The notes under the pieces were generated by a model. The model was not told where the DNA came from. It ran no database searches and saw only the letters and a list, made by a program, of their open reading frames with translations. The position numbers and the translations under genes were made by a program. Positions 59,001 to 64,000 of a stretch of DNA of 64,000 nt are shown here, piece by piece. Within the stretch, counting starts at the first letter, position 1; each line of letters starts with the position of its first letter. Source of the DNA: Planctomycetota bacterium (GTDB taxonomy: Bacteria; Planctomycetota; UBA1135; UBA2386); assembly GCA_965223545.1 (NCBI GenBank), contig OZ245006.1:7488001-7552000 (forward strand), given 5' to 3'.

Positions 59001-61860
59001 GGTCGATGCGCGGTTGCCGCTGGATCGGCTGACGGTGGTGACCGGGGTGTCGGGGTCGGGAAAGTCGAGCTTGGCGTTCGACACCCTGTTCAGCGAAGGC
59101 CAGCGCCGGTTCGTCGAGAGCTTGTCGACCTATGCCCGGCGATTCCTCGGTCGCATGGACCGCGCCCCCGTCGATCGGCTTGAGGGCATCGGACCGGCGA
59201 TCGCCATCGACCAGCGCGCCAGCCACCGCAGCCCGAGGTCGACGGTCGCCACCGCGACCGAGGTGCACGACTACCTGCGGCTGATGTACGCGCGCATCGG
59301 CCGGCCCCACTGTCCGGAGCACGGTCAAGAGCTGGTGCTGCACTCGCCGAGCAGCATCGCCCGCCAGCTGCGAGCCGAGTTCGAGGATGAGCGCGGCTAC
59401 ATCCTGGCGCCGGTGCGGATGCCAGAGGGCGTCCGCGGTGGTACCGAGGAGGGCCGCCGCGCGTTCCTCGATGCGCTGGTCGCGGGTTGGCGCGAGCAGG
59501 GGTTCGTGCGCGCCTGGGTCGACGGCGGCGAGCACCGGCTGGAGAAGCCGCTGCCGGCGTCCGCTGCCGCCGAGGCTGCGGTCGCGTTGGTCGTCGACCG
59601 GCTGCGGTTCGCCGATCGCGGCCGCGTCGTCGACAGCGTCGCGCAGGCCGGCGTGATGAGTGGCGGCCTGGTGATCGCGCGCACCACCGACGGCGCCGAA
59701 CGCGTGTTCTCCACCGACCGTTCTTGCCCGCACTGTGGCGTGTCGGTGCCCGCGCAACCGCACCCGCGCTACTTCTCGTTCAACCACCACAGCGGAGCGT
59801 GCAAGGCCTGCGGTGGGCTCGGGCAGTCGGTGGCGTGCGATCCCGACCTCCTCGTCAACCTGCCGGAGCGGCCGCTGTTCGGCGGCGCGATCAAGCACCG
59901 CGGCGCTGCCTTCACGTTCTTGTCCAAGCGCAACGGCTGGTACCACAAGGTGGCCAAGCAGGTCGCGCAGCACTTGGGCTTCGACCTCACGGTGGCGTAC
60001 GAGGAGTTGGCGCCAGAGCACCAGCGCGTGCTGATGTGGGGGCTCGAGGAGCCGCGCTTCGAGGTCACGTTTCGGCGCCAGCGGGCGAGCGGCAGTCGGA
60101 GCTACAAGGTCGCCGCCAAGTGGAAGGGGCTGTGCTCTCAGGTCGAGCAGTGGTTTCACGGTCACGATCAGAGCCAGGCGCCGGAGCGGCTGTCGGCGGT
60201 GATGCGGGTCGGGTCGTGCCCGGCGTGCGAGGGCGACCGGCTGCAGCTGGCGCAGCGCCACGTGACCATCGGCAAGCGGCCGCTGCCGGCGGTCTGTCGG
60301 ATGACCGTCGACGACGCCCTCGCCCATCTGCGCCGGTTGCGCCTGCGCAAGGCGGAGCGGACCGTCGCCCAGGACATCCTCGCCGAGATCGACAACCGGT
60401 TGGGGTTCCTGTCCGCGGTGGGGCTCGGCTACCTGACCTTGGATCGCTCGGCGGCGACGCTGTCGGGCGGCGAAGCGCAGCGAATCCGGTTGGCGAGTCA
60501 GCTCGGCAACCAGCTGGTCGGCGTGCTGTACGTGCTCGACGAGCCGACTGTCGGGCTGCACCCGCGCGACACCGAGCAGCTGTTGCAGACGCTGCACTCG
60601 CTGCGCGATCTGGGCAACACCGTGGTCGCGGTCGAGCACGACGAGCAGGTGATCCGCAGCGCGGATCACGTGCTCGACGTCGGCCCCGGCGCAGGCCATC
60701 GCGGCGGTCGGCTCGTCGCCAGCGGCAGCCCCGAAGAGGTGGCGGCGGCCGACTCGCTCACCGGTCGCTACCTGCGCGGCGAGCTCGGCATCCCCGTGCC
60801 CGCCGCGCGCAGCACGCCCCGCGCGCACATCGCGGTGCGCGATGCGCGCTGCCACAACCTGCGCGGCGTCGACGTCGACGTTCCGCTCGGCGTTCTCGCC
60901 GCGGTCACCGGGGTGTCCGGCTCGGGCAAGTCGAGCCTGGTGATGGACGTGCTGCTGCCGCAGTTGCGGCAGCCCAAGCTGCGCGTCGACGGCATCGGCG
61001 ATGCTTCGGTCGTGGTCGTCGACCAATCGCCGATCGGCACCACGCCGTCGAGCAACCCGGCGACCTACGCCGGGGTCATGACCCCGATCCGCGAGCTCTT
61101 CGCGGCGTTGCCGGAGTCACGGGTCAAGGGCTTTCGCGCCGGCCGCTTCTCCTTCAACGTCGCCGAGGGGCGCTGCCCGACCTGCGAGGGCAAGGGCCAG
61201 CTCCGCGTCGAGATGCACTTCTTGGCGGACGTCTGGGTCACCTGCGAGCTCTGTCGCGGCCGGCGCTACAACCAGGAGACCCTCACCGTGCACTACCGCG
61301 GCCGGACGATCGCGGACGTGCTGGAGATGGAGGTCGAGCAGGCGCTGCCGTTCTTCGCCAACTTGCCCAAGATCCGCGCACCGTTGCAGGCGCTCGCCGA
61401 CGTCGGGCTGGGCTACCTGAAGCTGGGACAGCCGGCCAACACCCTGTCGGGGGGCGAGGCCCAGCGCATCAAGCTGGTGTCGCGGCTGTGCAAGGCGTCG
61501 CGCGGTCACGTGATCCACCTCCTCGACGAGCCGACGACCGGGCTGCACCTGGAAGATGTGCGCAAGCTGGTCGATGTACTGGCTCGGCTGGTGCGGGCCG
61601 GCGACAGCGTGGTGGTCATCGAGCACCACCTCGACGTGATCAAGTGCGCCGATTGGGTGCTCGAGCTGGGTCCCGAAGCGGGCGATGGCGGCGGCCGCAT
61701 CGTGGTCGCCGGCACTCCCGAGGAGGTCGCGGCGTGTCGCGACAGCCACACTGGGCGGTTCTTGGCGCCGCTGCTCGCGCCGGCTCGTGCGCCCCGGACA
61801 AAGCGCCCGCGGCGCACATCCGCCGGCGTTTCGCGCCGCAATCGGGAGCAGGCGCAGTGA
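56071..61860 (+). CDS. uvrA: Excinuclease ABC subunit A, tandem-duplicated (1929 aa)
   Basis: Four GVSGSGKS Walker A motifs, four LSGGE/LDEP signatures, zinc-finger CxxC pairs; two UvrA units. Confidence 0.95.
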   Translation: MSSSPDRVVVVGAREHNLQNVDVSFPRDALTTFTGVSGSGKSSLAYHTVYQEGQRRFLESLSSYARQFLGRMEKPKVDRVEGLSPTVSIDQKQGSHSPRSTVGTLTEVLDYLRLLFARLGTPRCPVCDAEIEAWSVDRITETVLQRFAGQPLLVLAPVVRERKGEYRKELAEFRARGFVRARIDGQVRRLDEDIALHRYKYHTIELVVDRLRVDAAHSSRLAEAVEQALGLTGGLLAVLCEDDYQLFSTQRACPDGHGALPELEPRLFSFNSPIGACAHCDGMGEVHSFAESLLVPDPDLSPREGGLLCITGEGRLAYSQLTLDHLDTVAAEYGFDMDTPWRALSAAQKRVMLHGTGKKKFEFVWRRQGRGYSARGKDRKAFPGVIAHLEKVYRGATARHLDRFRASTACPECDGRRLNDAACAVRFDGHSLPEVSAWSVAEARAFFDDLELTGNALAIGREVVRAIQQRLQFLDEVGLSYLTLDRRADTLSGGESQRIRLAAQVGSGLRGVLYVLDEPSIGLHARDHERLLGTLAALRDRGNTVCVVEHDEATMRASDHVVDVGPDAGRGGGRIVVSGTAADVAAAPASLTGAYLRGERRIELPAARRTDDCGALVVRNARHHNLRGIDVELPLARLVAVTGVSGSGKSTLVNHILKRALRRALHGALDVPGAHDRIEGVEQIDKLVEIDQAPIGRTPRSNPATYTKTWDHVRDLFAALPESRVREYKKGRFSFNVRGGRCESCEGAGITLLEMQLLAPVEVVCEDCGGQRFNPETLEIELKGHNVHDLLELSVDEALALLGAFPKIARPLQALHDVGLGYVKLGQPSTTLSGGEAQRIKLATQLQRPPTGRTLYLLDEPTTGLHFEDIRRLMQALQRLVDAGNTVVVIEHNLDVVACADWIIDLGPDGGSGGGEIVGTGTPEEVAACAGSHTGRALKAALAPRKAPARRRAARRRASQRPTHLEVVGARQNNLQSVDARLPLDRLTVVTGVSGSGKSSLAFDTLFSEGQRRFVESLSTYARRFLGRMDRAPVDRLEGIGPAIAIDQRASHRSPRSTVATATEVHDYLRLMYARIGRPHCPEHGQELVLHSPSSIARQLRAEFEDERGYILAPVRMPEGVRGGTEEGRRAFLDALVAGWREQGFVRAWVDGGEHRLEKPLPASAAAEAAVALVVDRLRFADRGRVVDSVAQAGVMSGGLVIARTTDGAERVFSTDRSCPHCGVSVPAQPHPRYFSFNHHSGACKACGGLGQSVACDPDLLVNLPERPLFGGAIKHRGAAFTFLSKRNGWYHKVAKQVAQHLGFDLTVAYEELAPEHQRVLMWGLEEPRFEVTFRRQRASGSRSYKVAAKWKGLCSQVEQWFHGHDQSQAPERLSAVMRVGSCPACEGDRLQLAQRHVTIGKRPLPAVCRMTVDDALAHLRRLRLRKAERTVAQDILAEIDNRLGFLSAVGLGYLTLDRSAATLSGGEAQRIRLASQLGNQLVGVLYVLDEPTVGLHPRDTEQLLQTLHSLRDLGNTVVAVEHDEQVIRSADHVLDVGPGAGHRGGRLVASGSPEEVAAADSLTGRYLRGELGIPVPAARSTPRAHIAVRDARCHNLRGVDVDVPLGVLAAVTGVSGSGKSSLVMDVLLPQLRQPKLRVDGIGDASVVVVDQSPIGTTPSSNPATYAGVMTPIRELFAALPESRVKGFRAGRFSFNVAEGRCPTCEGKGQLRVEMHFLADVWVTCELCRGRRYNQETLTVHYRGRTIADVLEMEVEQALPFFANLPKIRAPLQALADVGLGYLKLGQPANTLSGGEAQRIKLVSRLCKASRGHVIHLLDEPTTGLHLEDVRKLVDVLARLVRAGDSVVVIEHHLDVIKCADWVLELGPEAGDGGGRIVVAGTPEEVAACRDSHTGRFLAPLLAPARAPRTKRPRRTSAGVSRRNREQAQ

Positions 61861-62495
61861 CGCGGCAGCGGGTGCCGCGCGGCGTGTTGTGGATCAGCGA
61901 CGGCCGTGGCGACGTGGAGCGGTTGGTGGCGATCGCCGAGGCGGCGTTGGCCGGGGGGGTGTGCGGCGTGCAGCTGCGCGAGCCCGGGCTCGATGCGCGC
62001 GCGCTCGGCGCTGCCGCCGCGCGCATCCGGCCGCACTGCGACGCGGCCGGTGCCCTGCTCTGGATCAACGACCGCGCCGACGTCGCCGCCGCCACCGCGC
62101 ACGGGGTTCATCTCGGCCACCGCTCGCTGTCGGCCGCAGCCGTGCGCCGCTGGGCGCCGGCCGACCTGTTGCTGAGCGTGGCGGTGCACGATGCCGAGGC
62201 GGCGGCGGGCGCAGGGGCGGACCGGGCGGACTGCGCGACCCTGGCGCCGGTGTTCGACACGACGTGCAAGCCGGGCGCGCGCCCACTGGGCGTGGCGGCG
62301 GCGGCGGCGATCGCGGCAGACGTCGCGCTCCCGATCTACTGGCTCGGCGGCATCGATGCCGCCCGCGCGGCGCAGCTGCGGGCGGTGCAGCCGTTCGGGC
62401 TGGCGGTGCGCAGCGCGATCGCCGCGGCCGCCGATCCTCGCGCGGCGGCCCGTGCCCTGGTCGCGGGGTTTCGTGGTGAGGAGGCCGCGCGGTGA
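61857..62495 (+). CDS. thiE: Thiamine phosphate synthase (ThiE/TenI family)
   Basis: VQLREP, INDRADVA, GVHLG, PVFDTTCKP, LGGI; GTGA overlap with uvrA. Confidence 0.8.
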   Translation: MTRQRVPRGVLWISDGRGDVERLVAIAEAALAGGVCGVQLREPGLDARALGAAAARIRPHCDAAGALLWINDRADVAAATAHGVHLGHRSLSAAAVRRWAPADLLLSVAVHDAEAAAGAGADRADCATLAPVFDTTCKPGARPLGVAAAAAIAADVALPIYWLGGIDAARAAQLRAVQPFGLAVRSAIAAAADPRAAARALVAGFRGEEAAR

Positions 62496-62863
62496 ACACG
62501 TTGCGGGCGACGCGGGTGGCCATGCGGCTGGGGCTGCCGTTGTTCGTCGCCTCGGTCGCGTTGTTGTGGTGGTTCTTCGGTCTGCTGCGGGTACCGGACG
62601 GCATGGACTCGATGCTGGACACCCACCCGCCGGGGACGACTTGCATCATCTGGAAGACGCCGCGTTCGGTCCCGGTCGGCGCGGTGGTGTTCTGCGATGT
62701 GGAGGGCGGCAGCTGGCTGGCCCGGGTCACGGCGGTGGCCGAGGACGGTGGCCTCGCCTTGCGCTGCGACAACCGAGCTTCCCGCTTTGTCGCCTTGGAA
62801 CGGGCGTCGAGCTATCCCGCCGCAGCGGTGCGCGGCATGGTGCTGACCCAGTTTCCGCCGTAG
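62492..62863 (+). CDS. Small S24/S26 peptidase-like membrane protein
   Basis: TM then DSM, G.VV, ARV (catalytic Lys apparently missing), CDN. Confidence 0.45.
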   Translation: MNTLRATRVAMRLGLPLFVASVALLWWFFGLLRVPDGMDSMLDTHPPGTTCIIWKTPRSVPVGAVVFCDVEGGSWLARVTAVAEDGGLALRCDNRASRFVALERASSYPAAAVRGMVLTQFPP

Positions 62864-62926
62864 TCGGACGCCCTGAGGGTTGCGTCGGGCACGCTGCCGC
62901 CCGAGAGTCCCGCTGCCGAGATTCTG

Positions 62927-63859
62927 ATGGCAGGCAAGACCGAACGCGAATGGACCGCGTGGTTGGCGGAGCTGTTTCCGCGGCCGCGCTCGGTGCTGGT
63001 CGGCATCGGCGACGACGCTGCGGTGGTCGCCGAGCGGCGCGGTGCCTCGGTGATCACCACCGATCCGGTGATCGAGGGCGTGCACTTCGACGCCGGTACG
63101 CCGCCGAGCGCGGTGGCGGCCAAGGCCGTCAACCGCAACTTGGCGGACTTGGCGGCGATGGGCGCGCGCCCGCACCATCTGGTGGCCTCCGTGTTGCTGC
63201 CGCGGCGCATGCCCGCGGCGCGCGTGCGGGCGCTGTTCATCGGGCTGCGCAACGCCGCGGTGCGCGCCGACTGCGCGGTGGTGGGGGGAGACGTCGGCGC
63301 CACTCCCGGGCCGCTGACCCTGGCGATCACCGCGGTCGGGCACCTCGGCGGGGCTGCGCTGCGGCGCAGCAACGCGCGCGCCGGCGACGCCCTGCACGTC
63401 ACCGGTGACCTGGGCGGTGCCGCGCTCGGACACCACCTGCGCTTCACCCCGCCGGTCAGCGAGGGAGTGTGGTTGGCCGAGCGCACCGACGTCCGCGCCG
63501 CGATCGACGTCAGCGACGGTTTGCTGCTGGACTTGGCGACCCTGCTGGCCGCGTCCGGCGGCCTCGGTGCCGAGCTCGACCGCGAGGCCGTGCCCATCTC
63601 GGCCGCGGCGCGCCGCCGCTCGAGGCGCAGCGGGCGGACGCCGCTCGAGCACGCGATGAAGGACGGCGAGGATCACGTGCTGTTGTTCGCGGTGCCGCGG
63701 GGGGGGCGACTGCCGCGCGGCGGGCCGCTGCGGCCGGCGGCGCGCCAGCCCATCGGTCGGGTCACGCGGGCACCCGGCTTGTGGCTCGTCGATCGAGAGG
63801 GGACCCGCGTCCGGCTGGCGGCGGCCGGCTACCAGCACGAGGTCGGGGGCGGCCGGTGA
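62927..63859 (+). CDS. thiL: Thiamine-monophosphate kinase
   Basis: GIGDDAA, EGVHF, NLADLAAMGA, GGD, IDVSDGL, GEDH. Confidence 0.92.
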   Translation: MAGKTEREWTAWLAELFPRPRSVLVGIGDDAAVVAERRGASVITTDPVIEGVHFDAGTPPSAVAAKAVNRNLADLAAMGARPHHLVASVLLPRRMPAARVRALFIGLRNAAVRADCAVVGGDVGATPGPLTLAITAVGHLGGAALRRSNARAGDALHVTGDLGGAALGHHLRFTPPVSEGVWLAERTDVRAAIDVSDGLLLDLATLLAASGGLGAELDREAVPISAAARRRSRRSGRTPLEHAMKDGEDHVLLFAVPRGGRLPRGGPLRPAARQPIGRVTRAPGLWLVDREGTRVRLAAAGYQHEVGGGR

Positions 63860-64000
63860 CCGAGGTCGAGCGAGCGCTGTTTGCCGCCGATGAGGCGGCG
63901 ACCCTCGCTCTCGGCCGTGCGATCGGCGCCCAGCTGCGCCGGGGCCAAGCCCTGGCGCTGAGCGGCGACCTCGGTGCCGGCAAGACCACGCTGGCGCGCG
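63856..64000 (+). CDS. tsaE: tRNA threonylcarbamoyladenosine biosynthesis ATPase (partial, runs off the window)
   Basis: MTEVERALFAADEAATLALGRAIG...LSGDLGAGKTTLAR. Confidence 0.85.
   Translation, partial: MTEVERALFAADEAATLALGRAIGAQLRRGQALALSGDLGAGKTTLAR

Noticed and set aside
56725..61026. 1433-aa minus-strand ORF
   Set aside because: Antisense shadow of uvrA

Overview
Very high-GC bacterial chromosomal window. The covalently doubled UvrA, the sulfatase/arylsulfotransferase pair and the many secreted proteins suggest a Planctomycetota/PVC organism (inference). Most of it is housekeeping or metabolic: NagZ-serine hydrolase fusion, MoaD-MoaE fusion, pepA, acs, a KaiC-like ATPase, Usp plus a LonC-type protease, rhomboid, korAB, a stand-alone fusA, gpmI, sat-cysC, double-length uvrA, thiE, thiL and a partial tsaE. 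Highlight 1: an IS110-family element (53371-55015) inserted exactly into the centre of a palindromic REP-like repeat, with a CTG core at both junctions. Its ~250-bp non-coding end is structured and carries 7-9 nt matches to both the target and the donor junction, i.e. a candidate bridge RNA programmed against a host REP family that also occurs intact at 10988, 11026 and 53296. Highlight 2: five complete secreted proteins with unrelated N-termini, plus the tail of a sixth, share a ~120-140 aa C-terminal domain, a possible sorting/anchoring signal. Highlight 3: a translationally coupled GT2-GH-A fusion / SBBP-repeat / TPR operon resembling an unusual beta-glucan system. Highlight 4: many genes have a -10-like hexamer 6-9 nt before the start codon, suggesting leaderless or near-leaderless mRNAs. 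No rRNA, tRNA or CRISPR array was recognised.
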